DNA of 63,037 bases, filler included, from Octopus bimaculoides (taxonomy: Eukaryota), in NCBI RefSeq assembly GCF_001194135.2. It is 5 parts of 5 records of this genome, joined end to end, with 100 filler letters (N's around TTAATTAATTAA, not from the genome) between each part and the next. Parts side by side here need not be neighbours in the genome. Positions count along the whole stretch, not along the records: positions 42,576 to 50,840 come from NW_026356309.1; positions 50,941 to 63,037 come from NC_069008.1; 3 more parts are not named here. One strand, 5' to 3'. A program made the translations under genes and the position numbers. Of this stretch, positions 50,369-63,037 are shown one piece after another. Position 1 is the first letter of the stretch; the number at the start of each line of letters is the position of its first letter. The notes under the pieces were generated by a model. That model searched no databases. It was not told the DNA's origin and saw only the letters and a list, made by a program, of their open reading frames with translations.

Positions 50369-50839
50369 TCACACACACGCACGCACACGCACACATATGC
50401 ACACATACACACACATACACACACATACACACACATACATACACAGACAAACACACACAAACACATACACAGACATACTCACATGCACAAACATACACAC
50501 ACATACACACACATATAAACACATATACACAAATACACACACATACACGCATTCACACACACACATACACACATACACACACATATAAACACATACACAC
50601 ACATACCCACACACACATACACACACATACACACATACGTCCACACGCACATACACACATACAGACAAACACATACACACATAAACACATATACACATAC
50701 GCACACACATACATACATACACATACATACACACACATACACACATACATCCGCACACATACACACACATATAAACACACACACACACATATAAACACAT
50801 ACACACACATACACACATATACACATACACACACACACA
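50369..50839. repeat. Degenerate (CA/TA)n microsatellite, ~470 bp
   Basis: Directly visible; source of the HTHT/CVCV ORFs. Confidence 0.95.
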
Positions 50840-51233
50840 CNNNNNNNNNNNNNNNNNNNNNNNNNNNNNNNNNNNNNNNNNNNNTTAATTAATTAANNNN
50901 NNNNNNNNNNNNNNNNNNNNNNNNNNNNNNNNNNNNNNNNAAAGACCTGGTAGGATGAGTTAGTGGGAGAAGGAGGACATGTCCGTACCAGCGCACTCGA
51001 CGGATAGCTGTGAGGTGTTAATTCTAGGAAGCCGCAATTCCAGGAAGCCGCAATGCCAAGTATGTTATGATGCTTCTGAGGGCCTTGGCTTAAAATATAA
51101 ATTTGCACAATATTTAAAAATATATAAAGCAGATAGATACGTTAATAAGTTGACAGACTGAAGGGCAGACAGACAGACAGACAGACAGGCAGGCAGGCAA
51201 GCAGACAGACAGACAGACAGACAGACACATACA

Positions 51234-51265
<32 letters not shown>

Positions 51266-51321
51266 CACACGCACAGACACATATGTATATATTATGTAAG
51301 TAGGTAGGTAGGTAGGTAGGT

Positions 51322-51669
51322 ACTTCTACGTTGTAGCTAGGCCTGGTAGAAATAGCTGCCAAATCTCCTTCAAATGACACCCTATTGTCTTACGTATGTA
51401 TATATATATGTATGAGCCAATGAGGGAGACCTCGACATTAGTAGCTAGACCTGCCAGAAATAGCAACCAAATCTCCCTCCAATCACAGCCAACTATCTTA
51501 TGTATGTACATATGTATATAAAATCCAACGAGGTAGGCCTCTAAATGGTAGCTGGATCTGGTTGAAATAGCAGCCAAATCTCCCTCAAATCACACCCAAC
51601 TGTCTCATGTATGTACGTATGTATGTATGTATGTGTGTATGAACGTATACATGTGTGCTTGTATGTATG

Positions 51670-51701
<32 letters not shown>

Positions 51702-51773
51702 ATGTGTGTGTATGTATGCATTTATGCATGTGTATATAGAAATCTTCCTGAAATTATACTCTACTCTTTTATA

Positions 51774-51824
<51 letters not shown>

Positions 51825-51839
51825 AAGAGAGAGAGAGAA

Positions 51840-51873
<34 letters not shown>

Positions 51874-52060
51874 CCAGCCTAAGAAGAAGACTTCTACGTG
51901 GTCGCTAGGCTTGGCTAGAAATAGCAGAACAAATCTCCTTCGAATCATATATTGCTGTCTTATGTACACATGCATTAATGAGTCAAAGAGAGAGACCACT
52001 ACATGGTAGCTAGATCTGCTAGAAATAGTCGCTAAATCACCCTCAAATCACACACATCCA
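51322..52060 (-). repeat. Array of five ~75-85 nt conserved cores separated by variable microsatellite spacers
   Basis: Plus-strand core consensus ~TCTACATGGTAGCTAGACCTG.CAGAAATAGCAGCCAAATCTCCCTCAAATCACACC.A.CTGTCTTA at ~51325, 51430, 51540, 51890 and 52000. A related single copy lies at ~42950-43010. Confidence 0.85.
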
Positions 52061-52102
52061 TGTAGAATACAGAATAACAGACAATATTTGTTTTGACAGA
52101 AA

Positions 52103-52357
52103 ATGCGAAGAACCTGGCTGGAAATTATTTGCCTGTTGATGCTGGCCAAATCAGGGCCGGCCCAGGAGTGAACCACTTCTGCAATAATAATAACAACAAC
52201 AACAATGAAGGCAGCAGTAGCATTATCCGAGCAGCAGCCACTGCACATATATCAAACAGGTGTAAATTTTGCAGCAGAGACTGTAGCAACTTCATTTGCA
52301 GCCTCTGCTGCGTTTGCAGCTGCTAAAAGTGCATTCTGCTGCACAGCAAACAATTAA
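52103..52357 (+). pseudogene. Signal-peptide-like ORF with an in-frame TGA, followed by Thr/Ala-rich sequence
   Basis: TTTTGACAG|AAAATG, then MRRTWLEIICLLMLAKSGPAQE*(52169-52171)TTSAIIITTTTTMKAAVAL...FAASAAFAAAKSAFCCTANN*. Confidence 0.35.
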
Positions 52358-52514
52358 CTTCTCGTGGTGCTGCTTTCTATTGACGCTGCATCCTACAAGC
52401 AAAGTGCATCCTGCTAAGTGCATCCTGCTAAATGCATCCTGTTGCTAAAAACGAAATCTGCTGCTCGATGTGCTCCGTCGGTGACAAAGTTTTGCAGCAG
52501 ATATAAGTATTATG

Positions 52515-53060
52515 GTTACTCAAGCTGCACTCACATATTGAGGATGCACTCTGCTATCCGTGTTGCAGTGTCCTACTCAAATCAGAACAGCAGCTACTCA
52601 AGCTACACTCACATTTTGAGGTTGCACTCTGCTTCTGTGGTCCAATATTCTACTCTAACAGCTACTCAAGCCGCACTCACATATTGAGGCTGCACTCTGC
52701 TGTCCGTGGTGCAATATTCTACTCTAGCAGCTATTCAAGCTGCACTCACATATTGAGGCTGCACTCTGCTATCCGTGTAGCAATGTTCTACTCAAATTAG
52801 AGCAGCAGCTACTCAAGCTACACTCACATACTGAGGCTGCACTCTGCTGTCCATGGTGCAATATTTTACTCAAACTAGACAACCAGCTACTCAAGTTGCA
52901 CTCACATGTTGAGGCTGCTCTCTGCTATCCGTCGTGCATTAATTTACTCTAACAGCTACTCAAGCTGCACTCTGTTATCCGTGGTGCATTATTCTACTCA
53001 TAGTAGACCAGCAGCTACTCAATCTACACTCACCTATTGAGGCTGCACTCTGCTACCCAA
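52515..53060 (+). repeat. Minisatellite of ~8 units, mostly 69 or 78 nt
   Basis: Unit CAGCTACTCAAGCTGCACTCACATATTGAGGCTGCACTCTGCTATCCGTGGTGCAATATTCTACTC(TAA or AAAT.AGA.CAG). Confidence 0.92.
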
Positions 53061-53339
53061 ACACAAAGCATTCTTTTTAAGGTACCACAGAATATACTGG
53101 AAGTGCATTCTGACGCTCCACTCTGCTCTGTAATTGTGCACCAATTTCCATGCAGGCCACACTCTGATTTTGAAGCTGCACTCTAATTCTGGAGGTGCAC
53201 TCTACTATTTTGCTTAAAGTACGTGCTGTACTTGGATTGCAAGGGAATTAGCTGCTGATGGTCTCTTCTGCAACTAAATCTGTATTCTTGTTATTGATGT
53301 TAAAACTCTGCATTGGTTGCAACTGCACTCTGCAGTTGT

Positions 53340-54760
<1,421 letters not shown>

Positions 54761-55029
54761 CAACGAGAAATAGCATTATCCAGTTGTTTCGTAAATCCAC
54801 CATGACCACCACTGCAGATTGTTATCCTGGTATTGGACCAGACAAACAGACCTGTGATCATTGCCAGGAGCCTCACAGGTCTCGGTGCCCCACCTCAATA
54901 ACCTTGTAACTTACAGATGTCCTATAAGGCTGCTAATTCGGCCCTGCCCTTGATCAAAGACAAGCCAGAACTGACCAACCCGTCAAGTTTTCCTGTTGAC
55001 TTACATACAAACATTCGTTTTTTTTTTTT

Positions 55030-55280
55030 AAGATTTGAAGGAGATTTGGCTGCTATTTCTAGCTATCATATAGAGGTCTCCCTCCTTGGCTCATATTTAT
55101 ATAAATAGATACAGCAGTAGGGTGTAATTTGAGGGAGACTTTGTTACTATTTCTGCCAGGTCTGGTTATCATGCAGAGGTCTCCTACGTCCATGCATACA
55201 CGCATATGTAATGACAGCAGAGTATGGCTTAAGAGCTGCTTGTAATACCAGGTCATACTACTATCCAGAGGTCATCCACT
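55030..55280 (+). repeat. Second array (2-3 cores) of the 51.3-52.1 kb unit, in opposite orientation
   Basis: TTTGAAGGAGATTTGGCTGCTATTTCTAG...AGAGGTCTCCCTCCTTGGCTCA, a spacer, then GTAGGGTGTAATTTGAGGGAGA... Confidence 0.8.
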
Positions 55281-55363
55281 GGTGCATCCATAATGTATAC
55301 ATGCACACACACACACACACACACACACATACATACATGCATGCATGCATACATACATACATG

Positions 55364-55404
<41 letters not shown>

Positions 55405-55799
55405 GTATACAAATATACATATATACATACATGCATACATACATACATACATATATACACACACATACATACAAACAAACCTACATACATACATGTATAC
55501 ATATGCATGTATACATGCATGCATACATACATGTACATAAATACATAATACATGCATACATACGCACATACATACATAAATGCATACATATACATACATA
55601 CATACATATATATACTTACATATACATACATCATACATACAAACATGGTGATTGCTCCATCTTCACAGACGACTGTCGACTCCTTACGCTTCCTCGCTGT
55701 CAACAGGATTTCTAACCTTCCGTGCATGACCTCCCAGATGACTAGTCTCCCCACAGTGCAGATCTACATAGTTTGGAGCATAGGTGGCCGACTGAGTGT

Positions 55800-55855
<56 letters not shown>

Positions 55856-55865
55856 NNNNNNNNNN

Positions 55866-55923
<58 letters not shown>

Positions 55924-56039
55924 TGGCGTTGTTAGGCTGAGGGTGTAGTAGTGTTGTGATGATGTCTGTTGCATTATTTGGGGATATTTGCAGTTACTTG
56001 TGAAGTGGTGAAGACACAGGCTGGAGTGGCAGTGTCCAT

Positions 56040-56680
56040 ATGAGATCTAAGTCTTTCTTTCTAGACCATCGACCAACAGTCAAAGTATCGAATCGCTGGT
56101 CATAAGACACCGTTTTCGATGGTGAGGACGTGTAGCAAGAATGGAAGTGTCAAGGTTCCCACGCCAGGGTATATTCCGTGAGATGACTTCAGGGCAAAAA
56201 CCATGGGGCTTCCCTCTTCAAAGATACAAGGACCAACTCAAAGCAACACTGGAAGCCACTGGAAGCCACTGGAAGTCAGTGGAATTGATCCTAAATCGTT
56301 TGAAACACAAGTCTGAGATTGTACCAAATGGTTGTGTTCCATCACCATCAGAACCAAAACCTTGAAAGCCACCAGAAGAGAAAAGGGAGGAATCAGACGA
56401 CAGGAGAAAAGGAATCAGACGACAGGAGAAAAGGAATCAGACGACAGGAGAAAAGGAAGGAATCAGACGACAGGAGAAAAGGAATCAGACGACAGGAGAA
56501 AAGGAAGGAATCAGACGACAGGAGAAAAAGGCTGGACAAAATCAACCTCGTCTTCCACCAACATTGCCATGACTCTTCTATGAGTGAATTGGTCTACACA
56601 GGCATCAATGGCAACGCCACCAAGGAGACATTCAGCAAAGAAGAAAACAAATTCTCGGATGTAAGATAAAACCGACAAGG
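56040..56680 (+). mobile_element. RTE-clade LINE 3' fragment with internal tandem duplications
   Basis: IESLVIRHRFRW*GRVARMEVSRFPRQ...LQRYKDQLKATL...IGLHRHQ; 3x ACTGGAAGCC and 6x AATCAGACGACAGGAGAAAAGG (56389-56530). Confidence 0.9.
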
Positions 56681-56844
56681 ATGGAGTTGTTCCTGCTGAC
56701 CAAATGTGATACGCTTGGCTGATCCAAGCGCGATTGTGCATATTGCAACAGACCGTGCACATATTTTGAACAAATAGGGGTATTTTTGATTTCTATATTT
56801 GTGTATAGATGTGTATAGATGTGTGTGTGTGTGTGTGTGTGTGT

Positions 56845-57207
56845 GGCTTAGCGGTTAAGGCATTCACAATCGTTGTAACGTGAGTTCAATTCACAATGGT
56901 GCGTTGTGTCATTGGACAAGACAGTTTTGTTTTCCCAATGCTCCAGTCCATTCTTGCACCTGGGATTCAAAAGACACTTTATCCCACATTGCTCCTGTCC
57001 ACTCAGCTGGCAAAAATGAGTTGGACCTGTAATTCAAAGGGGCCAGCTTTGTCACGTTCTATGCAAAGCAGAAATCTCCCTGAGAACCACATTATGGATA
57101 CACACGTCTGTGGAGTACTCAACCACCTGTACGCTGATTTCACGAGCAGGCTGTTCCTTTGATCGGGTCAACTGAAACCCTCCTCGTCGTAACCGATGGA
57201 GTGCCAG
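56845..57207 (+). mobile_element. Diverged SINE family B-like copy
   Basis: GGCTTAGCGGTTAAG...GAGTTCAATTC head; CTGTAATTCAAAGGGGCCAGC...TTTCACGAGCAGGCTGTTCC...CGTAACCGATGGAGTGCC. Confidence 0.8.
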
Positions 57208-57699
57208 AAAGAAAAAAGAAACAAAAAAAAATCTGTTTGTGTCTGAGTGTCCCCCCCCTCTCTCTCTCTCCCTCCCCGCCTCTCTGTATTATGTGTAAGA
57301 CTCTCCACTGTGATGGTTGCTCTTTGTGTTTGATGTTCTCTGGTGTCGCTAGCAAGAATGGTAGAATCTGTTGCAGGAGATGCTACTCCAAGATATTTAT
57401 TTATTTATTTACATATATTTCACTGTTTCTTTCTGACTGATTGATTTTGTGCAGAAATTGCAGCCGAGCAATGTCTGCCAGAACGCTGTTCCTAATACGT
57501 TACTCACACAACAGTCTTTTGCCATTGGCTGCTATTGTCATATCCGAAACTCTGGTACCTGTCAATGCTGGCGTCTGTTCGTTGCTTTCTCTCTCTATTC
57601 ACTATCTATCGATCTAATTAGCTATCTATCCATCTATCTGATTATTTGGCAATCGATTTATCAATCTATCCATCCATCCATCATCTATCGATCAATCTA

Positions 57700-57719
57700 G
57701 CCAGTTAGCTATCCATTTA

Positions 57720-57760
<41 letters not shown>

Positions 57761-58109
57761 AGCTATTTATCTGTCAATTCATTTGTCTATTAATCTCTCT
57801 CTTTCTCTCTCGATCTATTTATCTATCTATCTACCTACCTACCTACCTACCTACCTATCTATTTATTTGTCTATTAATCTCTCTTTCTCGATCTATCTAT
57901 CTATCTGTCTACCTGCATACCTACCTACCTGTCTGTGTCTGTCTATTTGTCTCCTAATCTCTCTCTCTCTCTCTACTTACCTATCTATCTATCTATCTTT
58001 ATCTATCCATCTTTTTCCATCTCTCTCTATCTCTTTCTCTTTTATGCTCTCACTACCACTCTCTCTCTCTCTTTCTCCCTCTCTCTTTCTATCTATCTCT
58101 ATACATATA

Positions 58110-58149
<40 letters not shown>

Positions 58150-58872
58150 TCATTCTAATCATAATTTCTTTCTTTCTCCTTCATCCCCCAACACACTTCC
58201 CACCCCACACCTATCTTAATCCTTCCAGTTTTCATTTCATTCCTCTCTTGTTTTCTTTCTCTATTCTTCGGTTCTATGTCCCCCACTCCAATTTTCCCCT
58301 TCTTCTTCTCTTTCTTTCTTCTACATTCGTTTTCATATTTCTTCATTTCCTCTTTCTTTTTCCCTATTGCTCTCTCTCTCTCTCCCCCCACCTCACACTC
58401 ACTCTCACTCTCTTCGTTTGTCTCTCTCTTTCCTTCTCCTCTCTCTCTCCCTCTCCTTCCCCCTCGCTTTCCCATACTCTCATTCTTTCTCTCCCTTCCT
58501 CCTCCTATTTCTCTTTTCTCCTCTTCAAACTCGTTCATTTTCTCCTTTCAATTCTCCTCCCCATACTCTCACAAACAATCACTATCTATTTTCTCCCCCT
58601 CTCTCTCTCTCTCTATCTATCTCTCACCTTCCTCTACACTCTTATCCTCTCCATTTCTTTCCTATTCAAACTTTCACATTATTTCCTTTAAATTATCTCC
58701 CCCCTCTCTCTCTCTCTCTCTCTCTTTCCCTCACTCTCTCTCTCTTTCCCTCACTCTCTCTCTCTTTCCCTCTCTCTCTCTCTCTAGTTATCTATTATCC
58801 TTCTCCCTTCTCCCCCATTATTACTTTTATCATCTTCATTTCCTTCCTCTCCAATCTTATTATTCCTTCACT

Positions 58873-58916
<44 letters not shown>

Positions 58917-59461
58917 GTCCTTTACTCTTCCCCTCCCCCCTTCATTCAGTCTCTTTATCCTTCTGCTTTTCACTATTACCCTCTCACCTCCTCCTCCCCC
59001 TTCTCCTCATCCCTGCACCCACTTTCTTACACCAATGCTAACTCCTCTTCCCATCACCTCTCAGGACCCTCCTCCTCCTCTCCCTCTCGCCCTCTCTCTT
59101 TTTCTCTCTCCTTCCTCGCCACTCTCATCACTCATTCCCTTTTATCACTCCACCTCCTCCTCCCATTCTCTCTTTACGCTTCCGTTTCCTATCTTTGCTC
59201 ACTCTCTCCCTCCCTCTCTTCTACTCTCTCTCTCTCTTTCTCTCGCACCATCCATCACTACTTCTCTCTCTCTCTTTCTCTCCCTCTTCTTTTAGTGTCT
59301 TTCTCATCTCCGTCTCTTTCTCTCTCCCCCACCTCTTTGTCACTGCCTCTCACCCAGACCCCTATCGCAGAGTTTACCTTCCCCCCTCTCCCTTTCTCTC
59401 TCACTCTCTCTCTCCGTCTCACTTCCCCTCTCTCTCTCTCTAACACACTCACCCCCCCCCC
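57700..59461 (+). repeat. Long polypyrimidine-rich tract, (CT)n/(CTAT)n compound
   Basis: Directly visible; source of the LSLS/FPSL ORFs. Confidence 0.9.
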
Positions 59462-60370
59462 NNNNNNNNNNNNNNNNNNNNNNNNNNNNNNNNNNNNNNN
59501 NNNNNNNNNNNNNNNNNNNNNNNNNNNNNNNNNNNNNNNNNNNNNNNNNNNNNNNNNNNNNNNNNNNNNNNNNNNNNNNNNNNNNNNNNNNNNNNNNNNN
59601 NNNNNNNNNNNNNNNNNNNNNNNNNNNNNNNNNNNNNNNNNNNNNNNNNNNNNNNNNNNNNNNNNNNNNNNNNNNNNNNNNNNNNNNNNNNNNNNNNNNN
59701 NNNNNNNNNNNNNNNNNNNNNNNNNNNNNNNNNNNNNNNNNNNNNNNNNNNNNNNNNNNNNNNNNNNNNNNNNNNNNNNNNNNNNNNNNNNNNNNNNNNN
59801 NNNNNNNNNNNNNNNNNNNNNNNNNNNNNNNNNNNNNNNNNNNNNNNNNNNNNNNNNNNNNNNNNNNNNNNNNNNNNNNNNNNNNNNNNNNNNNNNNNNN
59901 NNNNNNNNNNNNNNNNNNNNNNNNNNNNNNNNNNNNNNNNNNNNNNNNNNNNNNNNNNNNNNNNNNNNNNNNNNNNNNNNNNNNNNNNNNNNNNNNNNNN
60001 NNNNNNNNNNNNNNNNNNNNNNNNNNNNNNNNNNNNNNNNNNNNNNNNNNNNNNNNNNNCACACACACACACACACACACGCACACACACACACACACGC
60101 AAACAAGTATCGTAGCAGGCGCATACAGGTACGCACTGACGCACATACACGCATACAGACGCACAAACATACATACACATATTCAACAGCTAAGCCGCCG
60201 CTGCATACACCAGTGGCCGAGCCGCCGCTACACACACACACACACATCGCAGCCCAGCCGAACCGAACAGTCTCTGCAATCACACACACGCACGCACACA
60301 CACACAAAGGTATACACAAACACAGATGCATACAAATATACCCCATATATATATATATATATGTATGTAT

Positions 60371-60407
<37 letters not shown>

Positions 60408-60416
60408 GTTATATTA

Positions 60417-60464
<48 letters not shown>

Positions 60465-61093
60465 CACACACAAATGCACACATATGTACACATATATGCA
60501 GATGCATATTAAACACACACACACATTTTTGCATATATTTGCAGATATATATATACGCGCGCGCGCAACACATATACATGTGTGTGCGTGTGTATATACA
60601 TGCATACACGTATGCATGTATGTAGACATAGGTAGAGAAACACACAAACATGATGACACTTGCATACACATACATACATACACACACACACATACATACA
60701 TACATACACACATAGGCATAGTGACACAGATACATACATTGTTTGAACTCACGCCCGTTGTCACACACGCGCCCGCGCATGCACGCATGCACACATGCAC
60801 AGAGGCAAGCATATATGTGCATGTGTGCATAGGTGCATATGTGCGTGTGTATGCTTATGCGTGTGTGAGTGTGTGTGTGCATACCGTAGCCGTGCAGAGA
60901 GTGCACTTACAAGCACACAGTGAAGCCGAGACGCAGTTGCACCCGTCCACAGCCGAGCCGCCGCCGCTGCACACACACACACACACACACACGCCAGGCA
61001 GCATCGATGCACTTTACACATCAACCTTTTACATATGCTTGTCGTGCTGGAGTCTGAACACAGAGAAAACTACGTAAATATACATATATACAC

Positions 61094-61143
<50 letters not shown>

Positions 61144-61241
61144 ATGTATGTATGAATGTATATACATTTATACACATACAATACACAGCCATACAAATTC
61201 ACATATTACATACACATATACACATATTCATAGATATAAAT

Positions 61242-61274
<33 letters not shown>

Positions 61275-61278
61275 AATG

Positions 61279-61314
<36 letters not shown>

Positions 61315-61354
61315 CATTTATATATAGACATGCATGTATAAGTATATGTATTTA

Positions 61355-61560
61355 TGTGTGTGCGTTTTTGTGTCCCCATCACCTTTTGACCACCGATGCC
61401 GGTGTGTTTACTTCCCCGTAACCTAGCGGTTCGGCTACAGAAACCGATCGAATAAGTACTGGGCTTTACAAAAGATAATTCCTGAGGATGATTGGTTCGT
61501 CTACAACCTTCAAGGCGATAATCCAGTATGGCCGCAGTCAACTGACTGAAACAAGTAGAA
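61355..61560 (+). mobile_element. SINE family C 3' half
   Basis: ACCGATGCCGGTGTGTTTACTTCCCCGTAACCTAGCGGTTCGGC...GGCCGCAGTCAACTGACTGAAACAAGTA. Confidence 0.88.
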
Positions 61561-62099
61561 AAGTATATATACAGCCACTATCGCTCCCTGTTCGGCCCTG
61601 ACCCGGAGTAGAAGCACCCGTTAGGCCCCGAGCTAGGAATTAATTAGCATATGAGCGACAGGACGTAGAAATACTCGGAGTGGAATCCGAGGGCATTTCT
61701 CTAGGAGAAGGCTAACTCGTGTATAAAACGCGGTGCTCTGCTGGGCCGCATATCTTGCACTTTGCTTGTATCTGGGTTTCTCAGTGATGCTGCGGAGAGT
61801 CGTTGCGGTGTTGTGCAAATTGCATTCGACCCAGAAAGCTCGCACGGGTATTGCCGGAAACATCTGTCAGCGATGGTTATGATTGTCAAACAGTACTACC
61901 TCTGGGGACCACAGGCTGGCAACCATTGCTCTAAGCCAAGCCACGGGTTTTCAGAGTGATCCACTGAACTTCTATGCAAGGAGTCGAGTGGGTGGGGGCA
62001 CGGGCACATGGAGATATCCGTCATTGTGGAGTGAGTCCTAGCCATGCTCCCACTCCATCTCACCGGGTTATGCTCCTGCGCGTTGCATCTGATTCTCGT

Positions 62100-62557
62100 T
62101 CTCCAGATATTTCGTTCTTGCCGGATGGATTTTTAGGCCGATTAAGGCTTATGAAGGCTGACAAATCTGGATTACTTGGTCGCTTCAAAGCTTTGATATA
62201 CAGCATTCCATACTGTCCGGGATTTTGAGGCCCGTCATTACATAATGTCAGCGTATCAGTGGTAGACACCATGGAGAGGAAGAACAGCGGTTTCTTGAGA
62301 TGTCTTCGATTTCCAAGGAGCATAAGTAGGGTCGTTATGTACGGGTCAACCGACAATTTACGAAGGGGAGCTGCTAGAGCAGGGCTCGAACCGGCTCTGG
62401 CAGGCACGATCCGAGCCAACAGAAATGAGCTGTCGATGTTCATTCTGTAAAGCTTTGACTGGACCTTGAGTTACTGTCACAGCAGAGAGGAGGATGATAA
62501 ATTCCATCGCCGAAGTTGCAGAGAAGGCTTTGGACGAAGGGAGCAGAACAGCAATTG
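62100..62557 (+). mobile_element. HERO-like (R2 group, RLE) non-LTR retrotransposon fragment with an internal deletion
   Basis: KADKSGLLGRFKALIY...VDTMERKNSGFLRCLRFPRSISRVVMYG resembles HERO VDKSGLPGKFKAWIY...ERKISxFLRRWLGLPRSLS.IALYG. It then jumps to a C-terminal ERRMINSIAEVAEKA..LW segment. The family match is from memory of the motif. Confidence 0.75.
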
Positions 62558-63037
62558 ACCCGTCCCTGCTTCAGAAAAGGTGTGAGCATCCGGGGAATCC
62601 ATCGAATGTGCAAATAGTCGCGAATGATCTTATCTTCACTTTTGGGGCTAGTTACCGTAAAGTTATGCGGCGATCCTCTAAAATGGCGGCTTCTACCTTA
62701 TGTATGGCGTCATCATCAATGGCGGAATGTGGTTGTCCAAGAATAAGAGCAGTTTCCACCAATGTCCAGCCCCATTTGAACTGGTGATGCTAGTGCTTGA
62801 CTATGTCGTATGATGGTGCATCGTCACCATAAACTTCTTTCATCTCATCAAAAGTCTCATTTGGTGTACGACCTTCCAAGTATAAAGAACCTGATCCCTG
62901 ATCTGCATTCAACTGGCTCCATTATAACACCTTAGTCCACTTCAGCAGCCATAAAAGACAAACGAATCCGAGTGGAAAGCTGCAATTTACAATGTGACAT
63001 GTAGATGCATGTACGATTATACCTGTACAAGTTCCGC
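62558..63037 (-). mobile_element. mariner transposase N-terminal (HTH) remnant, truncated
   Basis: MEPVECRSGIRFFILEGRTPNETFDEMKEVYGDDAPSYDIVKH*HHQFK.G...AILEDRRITLR...RWIPRMLT. Confidence 0.9.

Noticed and set aside
14157-50896. Four identical TTAATTAATTAA palindromes
   Set aside because: They are synthetic all-frame-stop linkers centred in N padding; contiguity across them is also uncertain.
51322-52060. CRISPR array
   Set aside because: The context is eukaryotic, the repeats are long and diverged, the spacers are microsatellites, and there are no cas genes.
54780-54910. Zinc-knuckle-like peptide CDHCQEPHRSRC, or an endonuclease remnant on the opposite strand
   Set aside because: It is short, the spacing matches no standard knuckle, and the two strand readings are equally weak.
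55640-55790. RT catalytic motif (CSIFTDDC)
   Set aside because: Isolated, with no flanking RT motifs in frame.

Overview
AT-rich, microsatellite-saturated, gap-ridden eukaryotic genomic DNA, most likely an octopod cephalopod draft scaffold. That assignment is inferred from three recurring tRNA-derived SINE families, (CA)n/(TA)n/(TAGA)n density and TTAGGG repeats; it was not confirmed by any search. Most long ORFs in the supplied track are microsatellite or N-gap artefacts. Recognisable content is mainly decayed mobile DNA: Tc1, maT (DD37D), mariner, piggyBac and MULE transposase remnants; several MITEs including a Merlin-like element with an exact 8-bp TSD; RTE, CR1, R4/Dong-like, HERO-like and Penelope retroelement fragments; and about 20 SINE copies. 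No intact, nameable protein-coding gene is visible. Several short segments with good splice signals suggest one or more unannotated multi-exon genes, one on + and possibly one on -. The most notable observations are a near-canonical minimal type I hammerhead ribozyme (12692-12736, -) with two variant or decayed hammerheads, a Merlin-like MITE carrying head-to-head telomeric repeats, and a foldback-type MULE arm. There is also a 51.3-55.3 kb block with a signal-peptide-like ORF interrupted by TGA and a codon-phased Cys/His repeat array, bracketed by oppositely oriented arrays of retroposon tails. Coordinates of decayed elements are approximate.
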